From an uncultured Acidobacteriota bacterium (GTDB lineage: Bacteria; Acidobacteriota; Terriglobia; Terriglobales; Acidobacteriaceae): DNA of 64,000 nt. The position numbers were made by a program, and so were the translations under genes. Below the pieces are notes generated by a model. The model searched no databases. It saw nothing but the letters and a program-made list of their open reading frames with translations, and had not been told where the DNA came from. Every line of letters starts with the position of its first letter. Position 1 is the first letter of the stretch. Below, in pieces: positions 27,801 through 39,200 of the stretch. The DNA lies in assembly GCA_963706455.1 (NCBI GenBank), contig CAVPNO010000099.1, forward strand, positions 98,967-162,966, written 5' to 3'.

Positions 27801-29009
27801 TCAAGTCGTGACGAGCGAGAGGAGTTGTCCCAGGTCGAGCTCGTTGCCGGATTCTGTCCCTTTGGGCAAGGAAGGCGAGACGGCCAACGCCTGGTTGTGG
27901 CCCTCAAACCAGACCAGGAAGGACGACCTCTCGGCGCCGGAGAGACGCTGCTGATTGATCCAGTGATACCAGGCGCCCATGTCGGCGTCGATCAGTGATC
28001 CTTCCGGATCGAGCTCCGGATTGGCCCTGAGGTTGGAGAGCAGTTCGTTCATCGGGCGCTGGCGCTGACGCGGGGCGTAGCGCACCAGCAGGGTCAGGGG
28101 TTGGGCGCGGCGCAGCGCCTCGCGGGTTGTCCACTGGGCGAAGGTAGTGGAGAAGATCTGGGTTCCCGAGCCTTCGGTCAAAAGCTTCACCTGGAAGCGG
28201 TCGAGGACGGGATCGCCTGCTTTATCCATTCCGAGATCGGCGGGAACGAGGCGCGCCATGATGGTTCGCAACTCCTCGGGGCCCATGCCGGGGCTGGCGA
28301 TGTCGGCCTGCATTTTCTTCAGGAGCATGGCGCGCGGCGATTCCAGTCCCGCATACGACACGCACGTCAAGGACGAACTGTGGCCCGCGGGCTGGCCGCC
28401 ATCGACATACCAATGCCCATAGGAAGCCGGATGGGCTTTGGCACGGACTTCGACGGCAGCGAGCAAAAGATCAAGTCCGCGCTCGGGCTTGATGCGGCCG
28501 AAGTACGTCCCATGCGGGCGAAGATTGCGAAATAGCTTGCCCTCGTAGGACGCGACGCCCTGCCCGATGACAGCGATGCCGAGGCGGGATGCGGGAAGTT
28601 TCTCCGTCGAAGCGGCAGCTTGCGAAGCGGCGCCGTAGTCCAGTGCCGCCTTGGTGAATGCATCAAGCTGGTGTGTGCTCCACAAGTACGCGGTCTGTTT
28701 CTCCACAAACTGGGCGGGAAGATTAATCCAGTCGAATTGTTCGAGGTTGGACGAGAGCGATATTTGCGCGAACGCCTGGAAGCGCCGGCTGACCTCGGCG
28801 GGCGAAAGCAATTTGAGCCCGGCAAGCTCCTGGTCGATGGCAAGGCGTTCGGCAGGAAATCTGTAGTCGTAATCGATGGCTTCGCGGAGCAGGCTGGGAA
28901 CGAAGCTTAAGGGAAGTTGGCGCAGCACATCGAGGTGCGCGGCGACCAGCTTGCGCGCTTCGGGCGGGTAGCCCGCGAACTGCTCTGGCTGGAGATCGCG
29001 CGGCAGCAT
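27801..29009 (-). CDS. Hypothetical protein, no evident signal peptide
   Basis: 402-aa ORF, 3 nt downstream of the previous gene in the same operon. Confidence 0.75.
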   Translation of the reverse strand: MLPRDLQPEQFAGYPPEARKLVAAHLDVLRQLPLSFVPSLLREAIDYDYRFPAERLAIDQELAGLKLLSPAEVSRRFQAFAQISLSSNLEQFDWINLPAQFVEKQTAYLWSTHQLDAFTKAALDYGAASQAAASTEKLPASRLGIAVIGQGVASYEGKLFRNLRPHGTYFGRIKPERGLDLLLAAVEVRAKAHPASYGHWYVDGGQPAGHSSSLTCVSYAGLESPRAMLLKKMQADIASPGMGPEELRTIMARLVPADLGMDKAGDPVLDRFQVKLLTEGSGTQIFSTTFAQWTTREALRRAQPLTLLVRYAPRQRQRPMNELLSNLRANPELDPEGSLIDADMGAWYHWINQQRLSGAERSSFLVWFEGHNQALAVSPSLPKGTESGNELDLGQLLSLVTT

Positions 29010-29012
29010 AGT

Positions 29013-30200
29013 CTACAACAACTCCCGGACCGGTTTGCCCTGCGATTGCGCGGCCGAAAACCCCATGAGTGCGCCCAGGCTTGGCACCAGGTCGATGGAC
29101 TGCATGGGTTCCTCGTAGACCACTCCCTGGCGCACGCCGGCGCCCAGCACCATCATCCACGTGGTGCGGCTGGCGGCATCGCCGGTGCGATGGTGCTGAA
29201 AACCGTTGCCGCCGGCATCGTAGTCGGAGTCACGACCGAAATCGGGCAGAACGAACATGGTGGTGTTGCCGGCGTACTCAGGCTCGCTCTGGACCGCCTT
29301 CCACAGCTCCAGGCAGAGCCGGTCGGTGCGGCGGATGCCTTCGATATAGAGCGAGTATGCCCCGGAATGGGCTACGTCGATGTCGTGCATCGTGATCCAG
29401 AGGAGACTCGGGGCCTCCTGCTGCATCAGGCGCCGGGCGATATACACCGACAATTCATCGGGGCTCGACAAGGTCTTGGCGTGAGACATGAAGTCGTCGA
29501 CCGAGAGGCGCAAGATGTTTTCCATCTGCTGCAGTTCGACTTCGCCGCCGCCTATCTGGGGCGTGTAGAGCGGATTCTCGTAGTTGTCGCGCAGCAGGTG
29601 CTCGAAGTTGGCCGTGGCGCCGGAATTGGCGGCGCTGAGCAGATGCTTGGGGAGAATCACACGCGCGCCCGTTCCCTGGCCGTACGCGCGGGATGCGCTC
29701 TCACCGATGCGGTTGAAGCCGTTGCTGGGGGCGACGACCCAAGCGTCCGAGGAGGGGCGCTTCAGATCCTTGCGGAAATACTCAAAGACGGTGGGATGCT
29801 CCGGCGGCACGGCCGAGAAATTGTTTAGAGTCTCGTACACGCCGGTGGCAAGGCTCGCCGTGGCGACATAGTGGCCGAGAATTCCCTGGTTGGTTACGTG
29901 GGTGAAGAAGCTGGATTGAGGGGCGAGCTCGCGGAGCATGTTAGGGATGTTGTCCTGCCCCTCGGGCGCGAAGGTTTCCTGGTCACGCGCTCCGCCGCCG
30001 AAGGTGATCACGATGATCTTGCGCTTCCTGCGAGCCTCCTCGCCTCGCAGGAAAGGGCTGGCGCTGACCAAGGTTGAACCGAGAACAGCTCCGGCGGCGC
30101 TGCGCAGGAAATCGCGCCGGCTGCGGCTGAGGGCGCACGCGGTTTCCCAGGGGGTTTGCGGCACGGCTCCGGAACGCGGATTGGAGAAAGATTGGGTCAT
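29013..30200 (-). CDS. Tat-exported alkaline phosphatase-superfamily-like hypothetical protein
   Basis: SRRDFLR Tat motif; ITFGGGARDQE, HDIDVAH, PDFGRD and QHH resemble AlkP-fold metal sites. Confidence 0.7.
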   Translation of the reverse strand: MTQSFSNPRSGAVPQTPWETACALSRSRRDFLRSAAGAVLGSTLVSASPFLRGEEARRKRKIIVITFGGGARDQETFAPEGQDNIPNMLRELAPQSSFFTHVTNQGILGHYVATASLATGVYETLNNFSAVPPEHPTVFEYFRKDLKRPSSDAWVVAPSNGFNRIGESASRAYGQGTGARVILPKHLLSAANSGATANFEHLLRDNYENPLYTPQIGGGEVELQQMENILRLSVDDFMSHAKTLSSPDELSVYIARRLMQQEAPSLLWITMHDIDVAHSGAYSLYIEGIRRTDRLCLELWKAVQSEPEYAGNTTMFVLPDFGRDSDYDAGGNGFQHHRTGDAASRTTWMMVLGAGVRQGVVYEEPMQSIDLVPSLGALMGFSAAQSQGKPVRELL

Positions 30201-31618
30201 TACGGTTTGCTGGGGCCGGAGCCCTTTTCCGAATACACGAATTGTTGCACTTCGGCGTGTTCCTTCTCGACTTCGGCCAGTTGTTGAGCGCGCAGCTTCT
30301 GGTAGACGGCGAATTCCTTTTGCGCGTTTTCCTTCTGGCCGACATGCACATAATCGGTGCCCAGCCGGTAATGCGCGTCGGAAAGATTCGGATCAAGAGC
30401 CAGGGCACGCTCGTACTGCGGAATCGACTGGTCGTACTTGTGTTGATCGGCGTACAGGTTACCCAATTGCACGTGCGCCTGAGCCAGCGAGTCGTCGAGA
30501 GAAATCGCCTTTTGAAGGAGTGTTTCCACCTCGCTCATGTCGGTACCGGGGTCCTCGACGCGCTTGCCCTTCCACAGGCTCACCGCGTAATAGTACTGCG
30601 CCAGGGCATTGGTCGGCGCCAGTTCGGCATAACGGCGGAATCGCTGGATCACCTCATCGGCCTGCAGAGGTGAGCTGTTGTAGGCCTTGGACAAAAAGAC
30701 ATAGCAACGCGGATCAGAGGGATTGAGGTCGGCCGCGGAAACCAGGGCCTTGATGGCATCGTCGTATTTGCCTCGGGAATAGTCTGCCAGGCCGAGGCCG
30801 ATAAACATGCGCGGCGACTTGGGAAAGCGCTGGACTCCCTGTTCGAAGATGGCGATGCCGGGCTCGTAGGTTCGATGGAGAAGCATCTCGCTTCCCCAGT
30901 CGAACAGGTTGTCTTCGCTGGGATCGAGGTGGGCGGCGGCCTCGTAGTCGTTGGCGGCTTCGACGAATTTGCCATCCTTTTCGTCGATCTGGCCGAGAAG
31001 ATTGCGCAACTCGCCGGTATCCCTCACGTTCACCAACTCGTTGATTACCTGGCGCGCGTCGGCCCGCTTGCCGAGAAGGAAATCGGCCATGGCGAGGTTG
31101 TAGCCGTTGTCGTAGGAATCGGGACGAATCTGCTGCGCCGCGGCGAGGTAGGGTTGGGCCTCGGCAATTTTTCCGCCCTGAAGATAGAACTCCGCCAGGT
31201 TGTGGTTGGCGTCGAAGTTTTTGGGATCAAGTGCGACCGCCTTCCGGAATTGCTCGGCGGCAAGCTCGGCTCTGCCGGCGCGGGTGAGAGTCGCGCCCAG
31301 GTTGATGCGGGCCTCTGCCAGGTCGGGCTTGATCTCGATGGCGGACTTCAGGTGATCGATGGCCTTGTCGTTCTGAGACAGGGATGCGTAGGCCATCCCC
31401 ATAAGCTCGTGAAGTTCGTAGCTGCGAGGCGCGAACGGGAGGAGTTTTTCCAGCGCAGCGGCGGCTTGCGCATAGCGGCCGGCCTGGTAGTCGGAAACGG
31501 CGGCCCGGTAGTCGCGATCGAGATTTTGCGTGGATCCATCCTGGGCGGACGCGAAGGTGCAGATCACGAGCAGGGCAAACGCAGTGGATCCGAACCGAGT
31601 CGTGCGCCCCCTGTCCAT
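30200..31618 (-). CDS. Exported tetratricopeptide repeat protein
   Basis: Signal peptide plus many TPRs (PDLAEARINLG, DAHYRLG); GGAGG before ATG 31618. Confidence 0.88.
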   Translation of the reverse strand: MDRGRTTRFGSTAFALLVICTFASAQDGSTQNLDRDYRAAVSDYQAGRYAQAAAALEKLLPFAPRSYELHELMGMAYASLSQNDKAIDHLKSAIEIKPDLAEARINLGATLTRAGRAELAAEQFRKAVALDPKNFDANHNLAEFYLQGGKIAEAQPYLAAAQQIRPDSYDNGYNLAMADFLLGKRADARQVINELVNVRDTGELRNLLGQIDEKDGKFVEAANDYEAAAHLDPSEDNLFDWGSEMLLHRTYEPGIAIFEQGVQRFPKSPRMFIGLGLADYSRGKYDDAIKALVSAADLNPSDPRCYVFLSKAYNSSPLQADEVIQRFRRYAELAPTNALAQYYYAVSLWKGKRVEDPGTDMSEVETLLQKAISLDDSLAQAHVQLGNLYADQHKYDQSIPQYERALALDPNLSDAHYRLGTDYVHVGQKENAQKEFAVYQKLRAQQLAEVEKEHAEVQQFVYSEKGSGPSKP

Positions 31619-31758
31619 GTACCTCCGAATCATTGTGAAAAGCCGCTGCAGTTCAAGAAAATACAAAAGCTGGTGCTGCGCTCACGATGCCAACCTTGGG
31701 TCGGCGAGGTCCAGTTCAGTACTGATTGGAACAGATGTTCGTGGGTAAGCCAAGAGAC

Positions 31759-31796
31759 AAAACACCCCGGCAACGAGAAGGTTGCCGGGGTGTTTT
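31759..31796. terminator. Intrinsic terminator or stem-loop downstream of the TBDR
   Basis: AAAACACCCCGGCAAC-GAGAAG-GTTGCCGGGGTGTTTT, perfect 16-bp inverted repeat. Confidence 0.85.
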
Positions 31797-31807
31797 CCCG
31801 AAGTCAA

Positions 31808-34800
31808 TCAGTAGTAGAACTTGAGCGCAAACTGAATCTGGCGCGGATCGTAGGGATTGTCGCGCGTCGATCCAACTTCGCCGAAGTGCGGATCAGTGAT
31901 GTTGCCCGAACCGCCGATCGCCACCACGCCGTTGCCGCCGAAGTTGGGGGCGTTGAAGTTCGGATGGTTGAGGATGTTGAAGAATTCCGCCCGGAACTCG
32001 GTCGAGAACCGCTCGGTGATGGGGAACTTCTTGAACACCGAGAAATCGAGACGATGGAAGCCGGGGCCGGGAACCTGGCCTTCTTTGGAGCCCAGGGCCG
32101 CCGCGTTATCCAGCGGGAGGCAATTGGCGATTGAACTCGGATCGGGCGCAATCACACCCGATGCGTCAGACAGCTTGCAAGGCTGGTTGAAGGCTGCTGC
32201 ATTGTTGATCCAGAACGGCCGAGGCCCGCCGTCAATTGTCTTTGTCTTGATGCCCAGTTGGGCATCCCCGGTCTTGACGACGTTGCAACCGGTTCCCGCT
32301 GTCGTTCCGGTCGGACAGCCGAAGTTGATCGGCTGGCCGCCTTGCAACGTGGTAATCCAGTTCACTGCCCAGCCGCCCAGAACGGCGTCGGCGATACCTC
32401 CGCTGTTCATGTACTTCTGGCCTTTACCCACGGGCAACTGGTATCCGCCGCTGAAGTGGAACACATTGCGGAGATCGAAGTTCGCCGGAGACCAGTCGAA
32501 CCTGGGTCCGAGGCCGGGCACGTTGTAGGCGCGCAGACCGCCCGTAGAACCGCCGTTGAGCAGGTCGCCGGCGTCGGACATGGCCTTGGACCATGTGTAG
32601 GCAAGAAGGAAGGTCAGACCGTTCGACATCTGATCTTCAACCTTGGTCTGCAAGCTGTGATAGGTACTCTCTCCATAGGTGGCCTGGTAACTGCCGCCGC
32701 CGAAGTCCGGGAAAGGCACGCAACTGTCGCTTGGGAACACACCGTAGTCGTGGTTTGACGTTTTGCAGCCGCTCTTGGTGCTGCTGACGTTGTTGGGAAG
32801 GATCTGGGTAACGTTCTGATAGCCGACGCCTCCCTGAAGGTCCGAGCCCTGGGTGAAAACGTAGGCGGCCTGGGCGGAGATGCTGTGGGTCAGGGAGTAT
32901 TGAACGGTCAGGTTGGCGCTGTAGGTGCGCGGCGTCGCATAGTCGAACTGCAGGCCCTGCAAGCCCAACCCCAGAGCATTAAAGGTCCCGGTGTTGAGGC
33001 TGAAGCAGGAGAACCCGGATTCAAAATTGGCGGTTCCGTTGCCGGTCGCTGGATTTCCTCCCGCCGATGGGCAACTGGCGTAAGCGGTGTTATAGCTGGT
33101 GGGTGCAACCCCGCCCGAAGGACCGGTGAAGCCAGGGGGGGCCTGCGTACTCGGCGTCAGGTTGAACACGAACGGATAGTTTTCACCGATGTTCGGACCG
33201 TAGCCCTGATTCTCAAAGGAGTTGTAGAAGACTCCGAGGCCGCCGCGGACGACCAGTTTCGGATCCACCTGGTAGGCGAACCCTATGCGTGGGGCAATGT
33301 TGGTTTTCTGCGTCTGCAGCAGGCCCTGGCCCCAGCGGTTGGTCTGCAACAAAGTGATGCCGTCCTGGGCGAGGAGGTCCTGGAACCCGGTGCAACTGGC
33401 GAACACGGTCAGGCAGCCGGTCGTGGTGGACAAGGTCCGGTTATCCTTGCCTTTAGCCGGAATGAGGAACGTTGGTGCGCCGATGGGTGTCCCAGGGACA
33501 GGGTACGGAACGAAGTTCGCCTGGCCGCCGTTGGTTTCGTTGATGGGCCCGAAGTAATCCCAGCGGACGCCAAGATTCACGGTCAGCTTCGACGTCATTT
33601 TCCAGTCATCCTGGAAGTAGGTCGCGAAGTAGACTCTCTGGTCGTAGGTCGTGCTGATGTTGGAGACAAATGTCTGGTCGGAACCGCCCGCGTAGTTGTA
33701 TTTGAACGCCGTGGGTGAGTCGGCGAACGTATACACGTTTGCCTGAGTGGGCAGGATCATCTGCGCGATACCGCTGGCAGTTGTGCCGACATTGGGAATG
33801 TCGGTGAAGGCGTCGTTGTAGTCGAATTGGCCGTGCGACCAGGCCGGCTGCAGGGTCGAGAACTTCACGTTCTGATACTCGATGCCCATCTTGAAGCTGT
33901 GCTTACCGTACACCTTGGTAAAATCATCCGTAACCTGGAGGGTTTGGCTAACCTCTTCCGAAGGCAGAAACGAGTTGCTGCCGAGCTGCGCCAGGTTGTT
34001 AATACCGAATGCCGGGAGACCGCCATTCTCCGGGCCGTCTGTGGGAGGCTGAGGAATTCCGGAGATACCGTACTGCGAAGGAATGCCTGTGGCGGTGGCT
34101 TCGGGACCGAAGCGGGTGGTTTTCAGGTGGGCAAAACCGGCGCGCACCTGGTTAATCGTGTTGGGATTGAACACGTGCGTATAGCCCGCAACCATCTGGT
34201 GCGACCGGGCGGTCTGCAGGCCCTGATCGAACGAACCACCATCGGCTATGCCGCCGAAGATACCCGGAATGAAGATGGGATCGTCGGAAAAGCTGTAGCG
34301 CGCGAAGATCTGATCCTTCTCATCGGGGTTCACATCGCCGCGGATGTCGAACTGGTTGCGGTGCTCAAACAGGGCGGGGCTGCTGCCAAAAACATGCAGG
34401 CCGGAGTTGGGGGCGGGGAAAAGGTTCAGAATGCTGACGGCATTCGGATCGATTCGAGCCGCGTTTGGTCCAGTGAGTTGGTTGAGATCGGCGCAGGCAG
34501 CCAGGGTAATCGTGGTCGAACTTGGCCCGCAGTTGGTGCTGAAGGGATCGCGAACGTAACCGCCCGCGCTGGTGTTGTTGACGAGGCCCGACACCGGGTC
34601 CTTGGCGCCCGCCGCAACATAGCGCGTGGTGGCCGGATCAAGAATCGTTCCCTTCTGTATGGCGCGGTTGAGAACGTCGGTACGGGTGGTGCCATCTTGC
34701 AGCGCGAGTTCATCGGAAAGGTTGGCATACCCGCTGGAGCGCTCCAACGCGGTCGGCACGTTGCCGTTCTCGGGCGTGCCCTGCACGCGGCGGAAGCCCT

Positions 34801-35752
34801 CGTAATCGCCGAAGAAGAAGATCTTGTTTTTGATGATCGGCCCGCCGGCGGAAGCTCCGAACTGGTTCTGGCGCAGCTTGCCTTTCCCGATCCCGGTGTT
34901 GTTTTCAAAGTAGTCGGCGGCATCCAGCTTGTCGTTGCGGAAGAACTCCCACGCCGCGCCATGAAGGCTGTTGGTGCCCGACTTGATCGTGGCGTTCATC
35001 ACCGCGCCCGCTGAGCGGCCCAGTTCGGCGCTGAAGTCAGCCGTCTGGACCTTGAACTCCTGGATGGCGTCCACAGGCGGCAGGATCACGTAGTTGGTGC
35101 CGTTGAGAAAGTCGACGGCGTTGGAGTTGTTGTCGATGCCGTCCAGAAGATAGTTGTTCTGTGCGGGGCGAAGGCCGTTGGCCGAGAAAGCCCCCGAGGC
35201 GGCGTTGCCGCGGGTGTCGGCCTGCGGCGTCTGCATCCCGGCGCCAAGCTGGGCAAGGAAGGTGAAGTTGCGTCCGTTCAGCGGCAGGTCGTTGACTTCC
35301 TGCGATCCGATCACCTGGCCGACGGAAGCCTCCTCGGTCTGCAGCACGGGCGGCGCGGTGTTCACCTCAACCGTCTCCGTGGCTGCGCCTGGCTTGAGGG
35401 TGATGTTGGCCTGCACCACCTGGGCTACCTGAACGGTAACGTTCTTCTGGGTGGTTTTGGAGAACCCCTGCGCCGTGACAGTGATTTCATAGTGCCCGAT
35501 ACGCACGGGGGAGAAGGTGTATCCTCCGCTGCCATTCGACTTGGTTTCCAGCGTGATGCCCTGGTCGGTATTGACAAGCGTCACCGACGCATTGGGAACC
35601 ACGGCGCCGGTCGAGTCCTGCACGGTCCCGGTAATGGCCCCTTCGTCCACCTGCGCGACGGCAGAACGGCAAAGAAGGAAGCTGATTAACATTGTGATTG
35701 TTAAGTAGCCAACGATTCTCAAGCGAGGAAGGAGTGTGCGATCACGGCCCAT
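31808..35752 (-). CDS. TonB-dependent receptor (carboxypeptidase-regulatory domain, Oar-like)
   Basis: 1314 aa; GTVQDSTGAVVP, LPLNGRNF, FSAELGRSAG, EFRAEFFNILNHPNF, C-terminal PRQIQFALKFYY. Confidence 0.95.
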   Translation of the reverse strand: MGRDRTLLPRLRIVGYLTITMLISFLLCRSAVAQVDEGAITGTVQDSTGAVVPNASVTLVNTDQGITLETKSNGSGGYTFSPVRIGHYEITVTAQGFSKTTQKNVTVQVAQVVQANITLKPGAATETVEVNTAPPVLQTEEASVGQVIGSQEVNDLPLNGRNFTFLAQLGAGMQTPQADTRGNAASGAFSANGLRPAQNNYLLDGIDNNSNAVDFLNGTNYVILPPVDAIQEFKVQTADFSAELGRSAGAVMNATIKSGTNSLHGAAWEFFRNDKLDAADYFENNTGIGKGKLRQNQFGASAGGPIIKNKIFFFGDYEGFRRVQGTPENGNVPTALERSSGYANLSDELALQDGTTRTDVLNRAIQKGTILDPATTRYVAAGAKDPVSGLVNNTSAGGYVRDPFSTNCGPSSTTITLAACADLNQLTGPNAARIDPNAVSILNLFPAPNSGLHVFGSSPALFEHRNQFDIRGDVNPDEKDQIFARYSFSDDPIFIPGIFGGIADGGSFDQGLQTARSHQMVAGYTHVFNPNTINQVRAGFAHLKTTRFGPEATATGIPSQYGISGIPQPPTDGPENGGLPAFGINNLAQLGSNSFLPSEEVSQTLQVTDDFTKVYGKHSFKMGIEYQNVKFSTLQPAWSHGQFDYNDAFTDIPNVGTTASGIAQMILPTQANVYTFADSPTAFKYNYAGGSDQTFVSNISTTYDQRVYFATYFQDDWKMTSKLTVNLGVRWDYFGPINETNGGQANFVPYPVPGTPIGAPTFLIPAKGKDNRTLSTTTGCLTVFASCTGFQDLLAQDGITLLQTNRWGQGLLQTQKTNIAPRIGFAYQVDPKLVVRGGLGVFYNSFENQGYGPNIGENYPFVFNLTPSTQAPPGFTGPSGGVAPTSYNTAYASCPSAGGNPATGNGTANFESGFSCFSLNTGTFNALGLGLQGLQFDYATPRTYSANLTVQYSLTHSISAQAAYVFTQGSDLQGGVGYQNVTQILPNNVSSTKSGCKTSNHDYGVFPSDSCVPFPDFGGGSYQATYGESTYHSLQTKVEDQMSNGLTFLLAYTWSKAMSDAGDLLNGGSTGGLRAYNVPGLGPRFDWSPANFDLRNVFHFSGGYQLPVGKGQKYMNSGGIADAVLGGWAVNWITTLQGGQPINFGCPTGTTAGTGCNVVKTGDAQLGIKTKTIDGGPRPFWINNAAAFNQPCKLSDASGVIAPDPSSIANCLPLDNAAALGSKEGQVPGPGFHRLDFSVFKKFPITERFSTEFRAEFFNILNHPNFNAPNFGGNGVVAIGGSGNITDPHFGEVGSTRDNPYDPRQIQFALKFYY

Positions 35753-35830
35753 CCGAGTAACCTCCGTTCTACTGCTCGTTTGCTTCCAATACGCGGCCCT
35801 CTCCGGGGAACGGCTCTGTTTTGTGGGAAG

Positions 35831-35850
35831 ATTTGTAAACGCTTACTAAT
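35831..35850. promoter_or_regulatory. LacI/GalR-type operator
   Basis: ATTTGTAAACGCTTACTAAT near-palindrome with central CG, 79 nt upstream of the TBDR start. Confidence 0.65.
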
Positions 35851-36241
35851 TCGTGGGCCGAAGCGTAGAACATACGCGCAATGTTTGTCAACCAAAAGGT
35901 GGAGATGACAATTCCGGGTTGCAAAGAAGAGCTTTTCGCACCGGCAACGAAGGCGGACAGTCCGGCGAAACATCGGGCGCAAACGACGTCATTTCATGGA
36001 TTTATTGCGCAAGACACTCATCCTGGGTTGAAGCCCGCATGGCCATTTAGAACCGAAGGGGGGATGAGTTCATTTCTGCTCCGTGATGCCAGCAGCGTGT
36101 GACAAAGGCGCAAGCTTGTCACCGCAACGCCCGGCTCGGAAACTTGAAACGCAATGCTCTGACCCCGCCCTGAGGCTCCGGGTGATGCGGTTCGGAGTGC
36201 TATGATTGCCAACAATCCGCCTGCGACGACCGTTGCCCGAG

Positions 36242-39200
36242 ATGAGCATGCAGCACACGAGAAAACAGAATCGGTCGATTTCCCGGCGGGCGATCCTGAA
36301 AAACACCGCGCTGGCCCCCTTGCTGCTGAAAGCCGGCCCCCTGTGCGGGACTTGGTTTTCCGGCGACCCGGTTGAGCAAGGTTCGGCTCTGCCGTTCTCC
36401 GATGTCCGCCTCAGTCCTCACTATCCGGCTCCCTCTCCGCTGGCAGACATTATTCGGCTTGTGACGCCCGGATCGGACGGGTACGTAACGGAGAAATACG
36501 CGGTGGAAATCGAAGCGACTCTCAACCGATGGGGAGAGGAGTTGAAGGTTTCGCCCCGCAACCATGCGATTCTTGCGTCGGCGCTGGCCCCGTCGATCCA
36601 GGCCTGCTCACTTGCAGCCGTGACGGAATCGACGATCCGTTCCGATTACGGGGTCGAGACATTGAAACGGCATTTTGGCGGCGAACGGAACGTAGGCCGT
36701 GACGCGTTCCTGGAGAGTATCAAGAAGTGGCTGGTGGATTTTTCGCGCCTCGACACCGCGGAGTTTGAGATTTTCGGGTTGAGCCAATCCGGAGCCAGTC
36801 CACTGAAGGTCATGGCCGAGATTCGCTATGACGTTGTGGGCGAGCGCGCCCGAGACCAGCGCGAGGAACGCGTCGGCTCATGGCACACAGAATGGTCCCG
36901 CGACGAATCGGGCGCGTGGAGCGTATGCAAATGGGAGGCCGGGGAAGAGACGATTTGCCGCGCGCAGGGCCCGGTATTCATCGACGTCACCCCCCAAGCG
37001 CTGGCGGGAGTGGAATCCTACCGGTCGCAGTTGCAGCATGGGGCCGATTATTGGAGGACCGTTCTCGACGGCGCCATCGGCGTGGACGTGTACGGGAACA
37101 ACGGCGTATCGGCGGGCGATACCAATAACGACGGATTCGATGACCTGTACATCTGTCAGCCTGCCGGTCTTCCGAACCGGCTTTACCGCAATCGCGGCGA
37201 CGGCACCTTCGAAGACGTGACGGAGAAGGCCGGGGTGGGCGTGCTCGACAACACGGCATGCGCTCTGTTTGCCGATTTCCATAATCGTGGACGCCAGGAC
37301 CTTCTGGTGGTGTGCGGCACCGGACCGCTGCTGTTTGTGAATCAAGGCGACGGCACCTTCTCGCTTAAAAAAGATGCATTCCAATTCGCCCGTCCACCCA
37401 AGGGTTCGTTCACGCACGCGGCCATTGCGGACTACGATCGCGACGGGCGCCTGGATGTCTACTTCTGCGTTTACATGTACTATCTCGGGCTCGACCAGTA
37501 TCACTACCCGATTCCCTACTACGACGCCCGCAATGGCCCGCCCAATTGCCTGTTTCACAACCAGGGCGACGGAACGTTTGTTGAGACCACTGTGCAATCC
37601 GGACTGGATGTGGATAACGACCGGTACAGTTTTGCTTGCGCGTGGGGCGAGTCCAACGCGAATGGATTGCCGGACCTGTTTGTCGCCAATGATTTCGGCA
37701 GCTCGCAGTTGTATCGCAACCGCGGGGACGGAACGTTTTCCGTGGTCTCGAAAGAGGCTCAGGTGGAGAGCGTGGGCGCAGGCATGGGGTGCTGCTGGTC
37801 CGATTACGACAATGACGGGCGCCAGGACATCTACGTTCCCAGCATGTGGGAGGCTGCAGGACAGCGCGTCTCAGGGCAGAAGCAGTTTCATGAGAAGGCG
37901 CCGGAAAGCATTCGCGAGCTTTACCAGCGCCATGCTCGCGGCAATGCACTCTATCGCAACGTGGGAGACGGCACGTTCCAGAACGTAGGCCGCGAAGCCG
38001 GCGTCGAGATGGGCCGATGGTCGTGGTGCTCCGATTTCTGGGATTTTGACCACGATGGCTATACCGACCTTTATGTCGCCAACGGTTATCTCTCCGGACC
38101 GGAGGAGGGAGAACTGGCCGGTTTTTTCTGGAGGCAGGTGGTCGCCAAATCGCCCGAGGACGCAACGGCGTCCCTGGCTTATGAGCGCGGGTGGAACGCG
38201 ATCAACGAACTAGTTCGCTCCGACCACACGTGGCACGGGTATGCACGCAACGTGATGTTCGTGAACAATCGCGACGGCACCTTTACCGAGGCGTCGGGTG
38301 CCCTGGCGATGGATTTCATTGAAGACAGCCGGTCTTTTGCTCTGGCTGACCTCGATCACGATGGACGCCTGGAAGTGATTCTCAAGAATCGCAACGCCCC
38401 ACAGGTGCGGATCCTGCACAATGCCATGCGGGATATCGGGCAATCGATTTCCTTTCGCTTGCGCGGAACGAAAAGCAACCGGGACGCCATTGGCGCGGCG
38501 ATCACGGTGGAAGCGGGAGCGTTGCGGCAGACCAGATATCTGCAGGCCGGATCCGGATTTCTGGCGCAGCACTCCAAGGAATTGTTCTTTGGGGTGGGAA
38601 AGCATGTGAGCGATATTCGAGCCACTGTGCGCTGGCCCTCGGGGCTTACGCAGGCTTTCGATCAGCTGCCCGCTGGCCACCGTGTCGAAATCGAGGAGGA
38701 CGCAGCAACATTTACCGCCAAGCCGTTTGCAACCGACCTCGCGGTGCCGAGGCAGATTCCCCCGCCCGCAGGCTCTGATTCCTTGCCGGAAGACGTGGAT
38801 ACCTGGCTCATCGAACCGCTGAAGGCGCCGGATTTCACGCTTCCTGACCTGGCCGGCAAGCAGTGGAGTCTGGCTTCTTTGCGCGGCGGCCTGGCGATGG
38901 TTGTCTTTTGGACCACAGCTGCGCCGCGGAGCCTTGATCTTTTGACATCTCTTCAACGGTACTCGGTGAACTCCACAGCCCCACAACTTCATATTCTTGC
39001 GATCAACGTCGATGAGTCGGGTGCCGCGCAGGAGGCGCGCGCCTATGCCAGCGGGCACGGTTTTGGGTTTCCCGTGCTGTTTGCCACGCCTGAAGTGGCG
39101 GGCATTTACAACATTCTCTATCGCCATCTATTCGACCGCCGGCGCGACCTGCCGATCCCCATCTCATTTCTGCTTGACCGGGATGGAATGATCATCAAGG

